64,000 nt of DNA, taken from assembly GCA_964016885.1 (NCBI GenBank), contig OZ024745.1, positions 65,038,001 to 65,102,000 on the forward strand. Reading direction: 5' to 3'. Origin of the DNA: Eledone cirrhosa. Taxonomy: Eukaryota. Below the pieces are notes generated by a model. That model was not told the origin of the DNA, searched no databases, and saw only the letters and a list, made by a program, of their open reading frames with translations. Shown piece by piece: positions 42,128 to 56,240 of this stretch (the stretch's first letter is position 1; each line of letters opens with the position of its first letter). The position numbers and the translations under genes are program-made.

Positions 42128-43689
42128 GGATCCATTTTTTATTTGGGTGATCCATATTTTATTTGGGGGATCCATTTTTTATTTGGGTGATCCATTTTTT
42201 ATTTGGGTGGTCCATTTTTTATTTGGGTGATCCATTTTTTATTTGGGGGATCCATTTTTTATTTGGGTGATCCATTTTTTATTTGGGGATCCATTTTTTA
42301 TTTGGGTGATCCATTTTTTATTTGGGTGATACATTTTTTATTTGGGGGATCCATTTTTTATTTGGGTGATCCATTTTTTATTTGGGTGATCCATTTTTTA
42401 TTTGAGGGATCCATTTTATATTTGGGTGATCCATTTTTTATTTGGGTGATCCATTTTTTATTTGGGGGATCCATTTTTTATTTGGGGGATCCATTTTTTA
42501 TTTGGGGGATCCATTTTTTATTTGGGGGATCCATTTTTTATTTCGGGGATCCATTTTTTATTTGGGTGATTCATTTTTTATTTGGGGGATCCATTTTTTA
42601 TTTGGGTGATCCATTTTTTTAATTTGGGGGTCCATTTTTTATTTGGGTAATCCATTTTTTATTTGGGTGATCCATTATTTAATTGGGTGATCCATTTTTA
42701 TTTGGGTGATCCATATTTTACTTGGGGGATCCATTTTTTATTTGGGTGATCCATTTTTTATTTTGCTGATTCATTTTTTATTTGGGTGATCCATTTTTTA
42801 TTTGGGGGATCCATTTTTTATTTGGGTGAACCATTTTTTATTTGGGGGATCCATTTTTTATTTGGGTGATCCATTTTTTATTTGGGTGATCCATTTTTTA
42901 TTTGGGGGATCCATTTTTTATTTGGGTGATCCATTTTTTATTTGGGTGATCCATTTTTTATTTGGGTGATCCATTTTTTATTTGGGGGATCCATTTTTTA
43001 TTTGGGGGATCCATTTTTTATTTGGGTGATCCATTTTTATTTGGAGATCCATTTTGTATTTGGGTGATCCATTTTTTAATTGGGTGATCCATTTTTTATT
43101 TGGGTGATCCATTTTTTATTTGGGGGATCCATTTTTTATTTGGGTGATCCATTTTTTATTTGGGTGGTCCATTTTTTATTTGGGTGATCCATTTTTTATT
43201 TGGGGGATCCATTTTTTATTTGGGTGATCCATTTTTTATTTGGGGATCCATTTTTTATTTGGGTGATCCATTTTTTATTTGGGTGATCCATTTTTTATTT
43301 GGGGGATACATTTTTTATTTGGGGGATCCATTTTTTATTTGGGTGATCCATTTTTTATTTGGGGGATCCATTTCTTATTTGGGGGATTCATTTTTTATTT
43401 GGGTGATCCATTTTTTATTAGGGGGATCCATTTTTTATTTGGGTGATCCATTTTTATTTGGAGATCCATTTTTTATTTAGGTGATCCATTTTATAATTGG
43501 GTGATCCATTTTTTATTTGGGGGATCCATTTTTTATTTGGAGGATCCATTATTTATTTGGGTGATCCATTTTTTATTTGGGTGATCCATTTTTTATTTGG
43601 GTGATCCATTTTTTATTTGGGTTGATCCCTTTTTTATTTGGGGGATCCATTTTTTATTTGGGTGATCCATTTTTTATTTTGGGGATCCA

Positions 43690-46600
43690 TTTTTTATTTG
43701 GGTGATCCATTTTTTATTTGGGTGATCCATTTTTTATTTGGGTTGATCCCTTTTTTATTTGGGGGATCCATTTTTTATTTGGGTGATCCATTTTTTATTT
43801 TGGGGATTCATTTTTTATTTGGGTGATCCATTTTTTATTTGGGTGATCCATTTTTTATTTGGGTGATCCATTTTTTATTTGGGTGATCCATTTTTTATTT
43901 GGGTGATCCATTTTTTATTTGAGGGACCCATTTTATATTTGGGTGATCCATTTTTTATTTGGGTGATCCATTTTTTATTTGGGGGATCCATTTTTTATTT
44001 GGGGGATCCATTTTTTATTTGGGGGATCCATTTTTTATTTGGGGGTTCCATTTTTTATTTCGGGGATCCATTTTTTATTTGGGTGATTCATTTTTTATTT
44101 GGGGGATCCATTTTTTATTTGGGTGATCCATTTTTTTTATTTGGGGGTCCATTTTTTATTTGGGTGATCCATTTTTTATTTGGGTGATCCATTTTTTAAT
44201 TGGGTGATCCATTTTTATTTGGGTGATCCATTTTTTACTTGGGGGATCCATTTTTTATTTGGGTGATCCATTTTTTATTTTGCTGATTCATTTTTTATTT
44301 GGGTGATCCATTTTTTATTTGGGGGATCCATTTTTTATTTGGGTGAACCATTTTTTATTTGGGGGGATCCATTTTTTATTTGGGTGATCCATTTTTTATT
44401 TGGGTGATCCATTTTTTATTTGGGGGATCCATTTTTTATTTGGGTGATCCATTTTTTATTTGGGGGATCCATTTTTTATTTGGGGGATTCATTTTTTATT
44501 TGGGTGATCCATTTTTTATTAGGGGGATCCATTTTTTATTTGGGTGATCCATTTTTATTTGGAGATCCATTTTTTATTTAGGTGATCCATTTTATAATTG
44601 GGTGATCCATTTTTTATTTGGGGGATCCATTTTTTATTTGGAGGATCCATTATTTATTTGGGTGATCCATTTTTTATTTGGGTGATCCATTTTTTATTTG
44701 GGTGATCCATTTTTTATTTGGGTTGATCCCTTTTTTATTTGGGGGATCCATTTTTTATTTGGGTGATCCATTTTTTATTTTGGGGATCCATTTTTTATTT
44801 GGGTGATCCATTTTTTATTTGGGTGATCCATTTTTTATTTGGGGGATCCATTTTTTATTTGGGTGATCCATTTTTTATTTGGGTGATCCATTTTTTATTT
44901 GAGGGACCCATTTTATATTTGGGTGATCCATTTTTTATTTGGGTGATCCATTTTTTATTTGGGAGATCCATTTTTTATTTGGGGGATCCATTTTTTATTT
45001 GGGGGATCCATTTTTTATTTGGGGGATCCATTTTTTATTTCGGGGATCCATTTTTTATTTGGGTGATTCATTTTTTATTTGGGGGATCCATTTTTTATTT
45101 GGGTGATCCATTTTTTTTATTTGGGGGTCCATTTTTTATTTGGGTGATCCATTTTTTATTTGGGTGATCCATTTTTTAATTGGGTGATCCATTTTTATTT
45201 GGGTGATCCATTTTTTACTTGGTGGATCCATTTTTTATTTGGGTGATCCATTTTTTATTTTGCTGATTCATTTTTTATTTGGGTGATCCATTTTTTATTT
45301 GGGGGATCCATTTTTTATTTGGGTGAACCATTTTTTATTTGGGGGATCCATTTTTTATTTGGGTGATCCATTTTTTATTTGGGTGATCCATTTTTTATTT
45401 GGGGGATCCATTTTTTATTTGGGTGATCCATTTTTTATTTGGGTGATCCATTTTTTATTTGGGGGATCCATTTTTTATTTGGGGGATTCATTTTTTATTT
45501 GGGTGATCCATTTTTATTTGGAGATCCATTTTGTATTTGGGTGATCCATTTTGTATTTGGGGGATCCATTTTTTAATTGGGTGATCCATTTATTATTTGG
45601 GGGATCCATTTTTTATTTGGGAGATCCATTTTTTATTTGGGGGATCCATTGTTTATTTGGGTGATCCATTTTTTATTTGGGTGATCCATTTTTTATTTGG
45701 GGGATCCATTTTTTATTTGGGTGATCCATTTTTTATTTGGGTGATCCATTTTTTATTTGGGTGATCCATTTTTTATTTGTGGGATCCATTTTTTATTTGG
45801 GTGATCCATTTTTTATTTGGGGGATCCTTTTTTTATTTGGGTGATCCATTTTTTATTTGGGTGATCCATTTTTTATTTGGGGGATCCATTTTTTATTTGG
45901 GTGATCCATTTTTTATTTGGGTGATACATTTTTTATTTGGGGGATCCATTTTTTATTTGGGTGATCCATTTTTTATTTGGGGGATCCATTTTTTATTTGG
46001 GGGATCCATTTTTTATTTGGGTGATCCATTTTTTATTTGGGTGATCCATTTTTTATTTGGGGGGATCCATTTTTTATTTGGGTGATCCATTTTTTATTTG
46101 GGGGATCCATTTTTTATTTGGGTGATCCATTTTTTATTTGGGGGATCCATTTTTTATTTGGGTGATCCATTTTTTATTTGGGTGATCCATTTTTTAATTG
46201 GGTGATCCATTTTTTATTTGGGGGATCCATTTTTTATTTGGGTGATCCATTTTTTAGTTGGGTGGTCCATTTTTTATTTGGGTGATCCATTCTTTATTTG
46301 GGGGATCCATTTTTTATTTGGGTGATCCATTTTTTATTTGGGAATCCATTTTTTATTTGGGTGATCCATTTTTTATTTGGGTGATCCATTTTTTATTTGG
46401 GGGATCCATTTTTTATTTGGGTGATTCATTTTTTATTTGGGGGGTCCATTTTTTATTTGGGGGATCCATTTTTATTTGGGTGATCCATTTTTTATTTGGG
46501 GGATCCATTTTTTATTTGGGTGATCCATTTTTTATTTGGGTTGATCCCTTTTTTATTTGGGGGATCCATTTTTTATTTGGGTGATCCATTTTTTATTTGG

Positions 46601-47970
46601 AGGATCCACTTTTTATTTGGGTGATCCATTTTTTATTTGAGGGATCCATTTTATATTTGGGTGATCCATTTTTTATTTGGGGGATCCATTATTTATTTGG
46701 GTGATCCATTTTTTATTTGGGTGATCCATTTTTTATTTGGGTGATCCATTTTTTATTTGGGTGATCCATTTTTTATTTGGGGGATCCATTTTTTATTTGG
46801 GTGATCCATTTTTTATTTGGGTGATCCATTTTTTATTTGGGGGATCCATTTTTTATTTGGGTGATCCATTTTTTATTTGGGGGATCCATTTTTTATTTGG
46901 GGGATCCATTTTTTATTTGGGTGATCCATTTTTTATATGGGTGATCCATTTTTTATTTGGGGGGATCCATTTTTAATTTGGGTGATCCATTTTTTATTTG
47001 GGGGATCCATTTTTTATTTGGGTGATCCATTTTTTATTTGGGGGATCCATTTTTTATTTGGGTGATCCATTTTTTATTTGGGTGATCAATTTTTTAATTG
47101 GGTGATCCATTTTTTATTTGGGGGATCCATTTTTTATTTGGGTGATCCATTTTTTAGTTGGGTGGTCCATTTTTTATTTGGGTGATCCATTTTTTATTTG
47201 GGGGATCCATTTTTTATTTGGGTGATCCATTTTTTATTTGGGTGATCCATTTTTTATTTGGGGGATCCATTTTTTATTTGGGTGATCCATTTTTTATTTG
47301 GGGATCCATTTTTTGTTTGGGTGATCCATTTTTTATTTGGGTGATCCATTTTTTATTTGGGGGATCCATTTTTTATTTGGGTGATCCATTTTTTATTTGG
47401 GGGTCCATTTTTTATTTGGGGGATCCATTTTTATTTGGGTGATCCATTTTTTATTTGAGGGATCCATTTTATATTTGGGTGATCCATTTTTTATTTGGGG
47501 GATCCATTTTTTATTTGGGTGATCCATTTTTTATTTGGGGGATCCATTTTTTATTTGGGGGATCCATTTTTTATTTGGTTGATCCATTTTTTATTAGGGG
47601 GATCCATTTTTTATTTGGGTGATCCATTTTAATTTGGAGATCCATTTTTTGTTTAGGTGATCCATTTTATAATTGGGTGATCCATTTTTTATTTGGGGGA
47701 TCCATTTTTTATTTGGGGGATCCATTTTTTATTTGGGTGATCCATTTTTTATTTTGCTGATTCATTTTTTATTTGGGTGATCCATTTTTTATTTGGGGGA
47801 TCCATTTTTTATTTGGGTGAACCATTTTTTATTTGGGAGATCCATTTTTTATTTGGGTGATCCATTTTTTATTTGGGTGATCCATTTTTTATTTGGGGGA
47901 TCCATTTTTTATTTGGGTGATCCATTTTTTATTTGGGTGATCCATTTTTTATTTGGGGGATCCATTTTTT
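43690..47970 (+). repeat. Dispersed block copy of about 29165-33420 (offset about 14.5 kb)
   Basis: Offsets 14525 (29354/43879, 30214/44739), 14526, 14566 (31692/46258, 32592/47158) and 14545 (33248/47793). Shared CCATTCTTT and GATCAATT variants. Confidence 0.82.
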
Positions 47971-50900
47971 ATTTGGGGGATCCATTTTTTATTTGGGTGA
48001 TCCATTTTTATTTGGAGATCCATTTTGTATTTGGGTGATCCATTTTTTAATTGGGTGATCCATTTTTTATTTGGGTGAACCATTTTTTATTTGGGGGATC
48101 CATTTTTTATTTGGGTGATCCATTTTTTATTTGGGTGGTCCATTTTTTATTTGGGTGATTCATTTTTTATTTGGGGGATCCATTTTTTATTTGGGTGATC
48201 CATTTTTTATTTGGGGATCCATTTTTTATTTGGGTGATCCATTTTTTATTTGGGTGATCCATTTTTTATTTGGGGGATACATTTTTTATTTGGGTGATCC
48301 ATTTTTTATTTGGGGGGGTCCATTTTTTATTTGGGGGATCCATTTTTTATTTGGGTGCTCCATTTTTTATTTGGGGGATCCATTTTTTATTTGGGGGATT
48401 CATTTTTTATTTGGGTGATCCATTTTTTATTAGGGGGATCCATTTTTTATTTGGGTGATCCATTTTTATTTGGAGATCCATTTTTTATTTAGGTGATCCA
48501 TTTTATAATTGGGTGATCCATTTTTTATTTGGGGGATCCATTTTTTATTTGGGGGATCCATTATTTATTTGGGTGATCCATTTTTTATTTGGGTGATCCA
48601 TTTTTTATTTGGGTGATCCATTTTTTATTTGGGTGATCCATTTTTTATTTGGGTGATCCATTTTTTATTTGGGGGATCCATTTTTTATTTGGGTGATCCA
48701 TTTTTTATTTGGGGGATCCATTTTTTATTTGGGGGATCCATTATTTATTTGGGTGATCCATTTTTTATTTGGGTGATCCATTTTTTATTCGGGGGATCCA
48801 TTTTTTATTTGGGTGATCCATTTTTTATTTGGGGATCCATTTTTTATTTAGTTGATCCATTTTTTAATTGGGTGATGCATTTTTTATTTGGGGGATCCAT
48901 TTTTTATTTGGGGGATCCATTTTTTATTTGGGGGATCCATTGTTTATTTGGGTGATCCATTTTTTATTTGGGTGATCCATTTTTTATTTGGGGGATCCAT
49001 TTTGTATTTGGGTGATCCATTTTTTATTTGGGTGATCCATTTTTTATTTGGGTGATCCATTTTTTATTTGTGGGATCCATTTTTTATTTGGGTGATCCAT
49101 TTTTTATTTGGGGGATCCTTTTTTTATTTGGGTGATCCATTTTTTATTTGGGTGATGCATTTTTTATTTGGGGGATCCATTTTTTATTTGGGTGATCCAT
49201 TTTTTATTTGGGTGATCCATTTTTTATTTGGGGGATCCATTTTTTATTTGGGTGATCCATTTTTTATTTGGGGGATCCATTTTTTATTTGGGGGATCCAT
49301 TTTTTATTTGGGTGATCCATTTTTTATATGGGTGATCCATTTTTTATTTGGGGGGATCCATTTTTAATTTGGGTGATCCATTTTTTATTTGGGGGATCCA
49401 TTTTTTATTTGGGTGATCCATTTTTTATTTGGGGGATCCATTTTTTATTTGGGTGATCCATTTTTTATTTGGGTGATCCATTTTTTAATTGGGTGATCCA
49501 TTTTTTATTTGGGGGATCCATTTTTTATTTGGGTGATCCATTTTTTAGTTGGGTGGTCCATTTTTTATTTGGGTGATCCATTTTTTATTTGGGGGATCCA
49601 TTTTTTATTTGGGTGATCCATTTTTTATTTGGGGATCCATTTTTTATTTGGGTGATCCATTTTTTATTTGGGTGATCCATTTTTTATTTGGGGGATCCAT
49701 TTTTTATTTGGGTGATTCATTTTTTAATTGGGGGGTCCATTTTTTATTTGGGGGATCCATTTTTATTTGGGTGATCCATTTTTTATTTGGGGGATCCATT
49801 TTTTATTTGGGTGATCCATTTTTTATTTGGGTTGATCCCTTTTTTATTTGGGGGATCCATTTTTTATTTGGGTGATCCATTTTTTATTTGGGGGATCCAT
49901 TTTTTATTTGGGTGATCCATTTTTTATTTGAGGGATCCATTTTATATTTGGGTGATCCATTTTTTATTTGGGGGATCCATTATTTATTTGGGTGATCCAT
50001 TTTTTATTTGGGTGATCCATTTTTTATTTGGGTGATCCATTTTTTATTTGGGTGATCCATTTTTTATTTGGGGATCCATTTTTTATTTGGGTGATCCATT
50101 TTTTATTTGGGTGATCCATTTTTTATTTGGGGGATCCATTTTTTATTTGGGTGATCCATTTTTTATTTGGGGATCCATTTTTTATTTGGGTGATCCATTT
50201 TTTATTTGGGTGATCCATTTTTTATTTGGGGGATCCATTTTTTATTTGGGTGATCCATTTTTTATTTGGGGGTCCATTTTTTATTTGGGGGATCCATTTT
50301 TATTTGGGTGATCCATTTTTTATTTGGGGGATCCATTTTTTATTTGGGTGATCCATTTTTTATTTGGGGGATCCATTTTTTATTTCGGAGATCCATTTTT
50401 TATTTGGGTGATTCATTTTTTATTTGGGGGATCCATTTTTTATTTTGGGTGATCCATTTTTTATTAGGGGGATCCATTTTTTATTTGGGTGATCCATTTT
50501 TATTTGTAGATCCATTTTTTATTTGGGTGATCCATTTTTTAATTGGATGATCCATTTTTTATTTGGGGGATCCATTTTTTATTTGGGGGATCCATTATTT
50601 ATTTGGGTGATCCATTTTTTATTTGGGTGATCCATTTTTTATTTGGGGGATCCATTTTTTATTTGGGTGATCCATTTTTTATTTGGGGGATCCATTTTTT
50701 ATTTGGGGGATCCATTTTTTATTTGGGTGATCCATTTTTTATATGGGTGATCCATTTTTTATTTGGGGGGGATCCATTTTTAATTTGGGTGATCCATTTT
50801 TTATTTGGGGGATCCATTTTTTATTTGGGTGATCCATTTTTTATTTGGGGGATCCATTTTTTATTTGGGTGATCCATTTTTTATTTGGGTGATCAATTTT

Positions 50901-53900
50901 TTAATTGGGTGATCCATTTTTTATTTGGGGGATCCATTTTTTATTTGGGTGATCCATTTTTTAGTTGGGTGGTCCATTTTTTATTTGGGTGATCCATTTT
51001 TTATTTGGGGGATCCATTTTTTATTTGGGTGATCCATTTTTTATTTGGGTGATCCATTTTTTATTTGGGGGATCCATTTTTTATTTGGGTGATCCATTTT
51101 TTATTTGGGGATCCATTTTTTGTTTGGGTGATCCATTTTTTATTTGGGTGATCCATTTTTTATTTGGGGGATCCATTTTTTATTTGGGTGATCCATTTTT
51201 TATTTGGGGGTCCATTTTTTATTTGGGGGATCCATTTTTATTTGGGTGATCCATTTTTTATTTGGGGGATCCATTTTTTATTTGGGTGATCCATTTTTTA
51301 TTTGGGTTGATCCCTTTTTTATTTGGGGGATCCATTTTTTATTTGGGTGATCCATTTTTTATTTGGGGGATCCATTTTTTATTTGGGGGATCCATTTTTT
51401 ATTTGGTTGATCCATTTTTTATTAGGGGGATCCATTTTTTATTTGGGTGATCCATTTTAATTTGGAGATCCATTTTTTGTTTAGGTGATCCATTTTATAA
51501 TTGGGTGATCCATTTTTTATTTGGGGGATCCATTTTTTATTTGGGGGATCCATTTTTTATTTGGGTGATCCATTTTTTATTTTGCTGATTCATTTTTTAT
51601 TTGGGTGATCCATTTTTTATTTGGGGGATCCATTTTTTATTTGGGTGAACCATTTTTTATTTGGGAGATCCATTTTTTATTTGGGTGATCCATTTTTTAT
51701 TTGGGTGATCCATTTTTTATTTGGGGGATCCATTTTTTATTTGGGTGATCCATTTTTTATTTGGGTGATCCATTTTTTTATTTGGGGGATCCATTTTTTA
51801 TTTGGGGGATCCATTTTTTATTTGGGTGATCCATTTTTATTTGGAGATCCATTTTGTATTTGGGTGATCCATTTTTTAATTGGGTGATCCATTTTTTATT
51901 TGGGTGATCCATTTTTTATTTGGGGGATCCATTTTTTATTTGGGTGATCCATTTTTTATTTGGGTGGTCCATTTTTTATTTGGGTGATTCATTTTTTATT
52001 TGGGGGATCCATTTTTTATTTGGGTGATCCATTTTTTATTTGGGGATCCATTTTTTATTTGGGTGATCCATTTTTTATTTGGGTGATCCATTTTTTATTT
52101 GGGGGATACATTTTTTATTTGGGTGATTCATTTTTTATTTGGGGGGGTCCATTTTTTATTTGGGGGATCCATTTTTTATTTGGGTGATCCATTTTTTATT
52201 TGGGGGATCCATTTTTTATTTGGGGGATTCATTTTTTATTTGGGTGATCCATTTTTTATTAGGGGGATCCATTTTTTATTTGGGTGATCCATTTTTATTT
52301 GGAGATCCATTTTTTATTTAGGTGATCCATTTTATAATTGGGTGATCCATTTTTTATTTGGGGGATCCATTTTTTATTTGGGGGATCCATTATTTATTTG
52401 GGTGATCCATTTTTTATTTGGGTGATCCATTTTTTATTTGGGTGATCCATTTTTTATTTGGGTGATCCATTTTTTATTTGGGTGATCCATTTTTTATTTG
52501 GGGGATCCATTTTTTATTTGGGTGATCCATTTTTTATTTGGGGGATCCATTTTTTATTTGGGTGATCCATTTTTTATTTGGGGGATCGATTTTTTATTTC
52601 GGGGATCCATTTTTTATTTGGGTGATTCATTTTTTATTTGGGGGATCCATTTTTTATTTTGGGTGATCCATTTTTTATTAGGGGGATTCATTTTTTATTT
52701 GGGTGATCCATTTTTATTTGTAGATCCATTTTTTATTTGGGTGATCCATTTTTTAATTGGATGATCCATTTTTTATTTGGGGGATCCATTTTTTATTTGG
52801 GGGATCCATTATTTATTTGGGTGATCCATTTTTTATTTGGGTGATCCATTTTTTATTCGGGGGATCCATTTTTTATTTGGGTGATCCATTTTTTATTTGG
52901 GTGATCCATTTTTTAATTGGGGATCCATTTTTTATTTAGTTGATCCATTTTTTAATTGGGTGATGCATTTTTTATTTGGGGGATCCATTTTTTATTTGGG
53001 GGATCCATTTTTTATTTGGGGGATCCATTGTTTATTTGGGTGATCCATTTTTTATTTGGGTGATCCATTTTTTATTTGGGGGATCCATTTTGTATTTGGG
53101 TGATCCATTTTTTATTTGGGTGATCCATTTTTTATTTGGGTGATCCATTTTTTATTTGTGGGATCCATTTTTTATTTGGGTGATCCATTTTTTATTTGGG
53201 GGATCCTTTTTTTATTTGGGTGATCCATTTTTTATTTGGGTGATGCATTTTTTATTTGGGGGATCCATTTTTTATTTGGGTGATCCATTTTTTATTTGGG
53301 TGATCCATTTTTTATTTGGGGGATCCATTTTTTATTTGGGTGATCCATTTTTTATTTGGGGGATCCATTTTTTATTTGGGGGATCCATTTTTTATTTGGG
53401 TGATCCATTTTTTATATGGGTGATCCATTTTTTATTTGGGGGGATCCATTTTTAATTTGGGTGATCCATTTTTTATTTGGGGGATCCATTTTTTATTTGG
53501 ATGATCCATTTTTTATTTGGGGGATCCATTTTTTATTTGGGTGATCCATTTTTTATTTGGGTGATCCATTTTTTAATTGGGTGATCCATTTTTTATTTGG
53601 GGGATCCATTTTTTATTTGGGTGATCCATTTTTTAGTTGGGTGGTCCATTTTTTATTTGGGTGATCCATTTTTTATTTGGGGGATCCATTTTTTATTTGG
53701 GTGATCCATTTTTTATTTGGGGATCCATTTTTTATTTGGGTGATCCATTTTTTATTTGGGTGATCCATTTTTTATTTGGGGGATCCATTTTTTATTTGGG
53801 TGATTCATTTTTTAATTGGGGGGTCCATTTTTTATTTGGGGGATCCATTTTTATTTGGGTGATCCATTTTTTATTTGGGGGATCCATTTTTTATTTGGGT

Positions 53901-54690
53901 GATCCATTTTTTATTTGGGTTGATCCCTTTTTTATTTGGGGGATCCATTTTTTATTTGGGTGATCCATTTTTTATTTGGGGGATCCATTTTTTATTTGGG
54001 TGATCCATTTTTTATTTTAGGGATCCATTTTATATTTGGGTGATCCATTTTTTATTTGGGGGATCCATTTTTTATTTGGGTGATCCATTTTTTATTTGGG
54101 TGATCCATTTTTTATTTGGGGATCCATTTTTTATTTGGGTGATCCATTTTTTATTTGGGTGATCCATTTTTTATTTGGGGGATCCATTTTTTATTTGGGT
54201 GATCCATTTTTTATTTGGGGATCCATTTTTTATTTGGGTGATCCATTTTTTATTTGGGTGATCCATTTTTTATTTGGGGGATCCATTTTTTATTTGGGTG
54301 ATCCATTTTTTATTTGGGGGTCCATTTTTTATTTGGGGGATCCATTTTTATTTGGGTGATCCATTTTTTATTTGGGGGATCCATTTTTTATTTGGGTGAT
54401 CCATTTTTTATTTGGGGGATCCATTTTTTATTTCGGGGATCCATTTTTTATTTGGGTGATTCATTTTTTATTTGGGGGATCCATTTTTTATTTTGGGTGA
54501 TCCATTTTTTATTAGGGGGATCCATTTTTTATTTGGGTGATCCATTTTTATTTGTAGATCCATTTTTTATTTGGGTGATCCATTTTTTAATTGGATGATC
54601 CATTTTTTATTTGGGGGATCCATTTTTTATTTGGGGGATCCATTATTTATTTGGGTGATCCATTTTTTATTTGGGTGATCCATTTTTTAT
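46830..54690 (+). repeat. About 3.8-4.1-kb tandem duplication with internal indels
   Basis: Offsets 3807 (47158/50965), 3828-3829 (47793/51621, 48131/51960), 4088 (49068/53156, 49549/53637) and 4048 (50048/54096, 50266/54314). Confidence 0.75.
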
Positions 54691-56240
54691 TCGGGGGATC
54701 CATTTTTTATTTGGGTGATCCATTTTTTATTTGGGTGATCCATTTTTTAATTGGGGATCCATTTTTTATTTAGTTGATCCATTTTTTAATTGGGTGATGC
54801 ATTTTTTATTTGGGGGATCCATTTTTTATTTGGGGGATCCATTTTTTATTTGGGGGATCCATTGTTTATTTGGGTGATCCATTTTTTATTTGGGTGATCC
54901 ATTTTTTATTTGGGTGATCCATTTTTTATTTGGGGGATCCATTTTGTATTTGGGTGATCCATTTTTTATTTGGGTGATCCATTTTTTATTTGGGTGATCC
55001 ATTTTTTATTTGTGGGATCCATTTTTTATTTGGGTGATCCATTTTTTATTTGGGGGATCCTTTTTTTATTTGGGTGATCCATTTTTTATTTGGGTGATGC
55101 ATTTTTTATTTGGGGGGTCCATTTTTTATTTGGGTGATCCATTTTTTATTTGGGTGATCCATTTTTTATTTGGGGGATCCATTTTTTATTTGGGTGATCC
55201 ATTTTTTATTTGGGGGATCCATTTTTTATTTGGGGGGTCCATTTTTTATTTGGGTGATCCATTTTTTATATGGGTGATCCATTTTTTATTTGGGGGGATC
55301 CATTTTTAATTTGGGTGATCCATTTTTTATTTGGGGGATCCATTTTTTATTTGGGTGATCCATTTTTTATTTGGGGGATCCATTTTTTATTTGGGTGATC
55401 CATTTTTTATTTGGGTGATCCATTTTTTAATTGGGTGATCCATTTTTTATTTGGGGGATCCATTTTTTATTTGGGTGATCCATTTTTTAGTTGGGTGGTC
55501 CATTTTTTATTTGGGTGATCCATTTTTTATTTGGGGGATCCATTTTTTATTTGGGTGATCCATTTTTTATTTGGGGATCCATTTTTTATTTGGGTGATCC
55601 ATTTTTTATTTGGGTGATCCATTTTTTTATTTGGGGGATCCATTTTTTATTTGGGTGATTCATTTTTTAATTGGGGGGTCCATTTTTTATTTGGGGGATC
55701 CATTTTTATTTGGGTGATCCATTTTTTATTTGGGGGATCCATTTTTTATTTGGGTAATCCATTTTTTATTTGGGTTGATCCCTTTTTTATTTGGGGGATC
55801 CATTTTTTATTTGGGTGATCCATTTTTTATTTGGGGGATCCATTTTTTATTTGGGTGATCCATTTTTTATTTGAGGGATCCATTTTATATTTGGGTGATC
55901 CATTTTTTATTTGGGGGATCCATTATTTATTTGGGTGATCCATTTTTTATTTGGGTGATCCATTTTTTATTTGGGTGATCCATTTTTTATTTGGGTGATC
56001 CATTTTTTATTTGGGGATCCATTTTTTATTTGGGTGATCCATTTTTTATTTGGGTGATCCATTTTTTATTTGGGGGATCCATTTTTTATTTGGGTGATCC
56101 ATTTTTTATTTGGGGATCCATTTTTTATTTGGGTGATCCATTTTTTATTTGGGTGATCCATTTTTTATTTGGGGGATCCATTTTTTATTTGGGTGATCCA
56201 TTTTTTATTTGGGGGTCCAATTTTTATTTGGGGGATCCAT
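52520..56240 (+). repeat. About 1.85-kb tandem repetition
   Basis: Offsets 1834 (52757/54591), 1854 (53156/55010) and 1895 (54096/55991). Confidence 0.7.
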
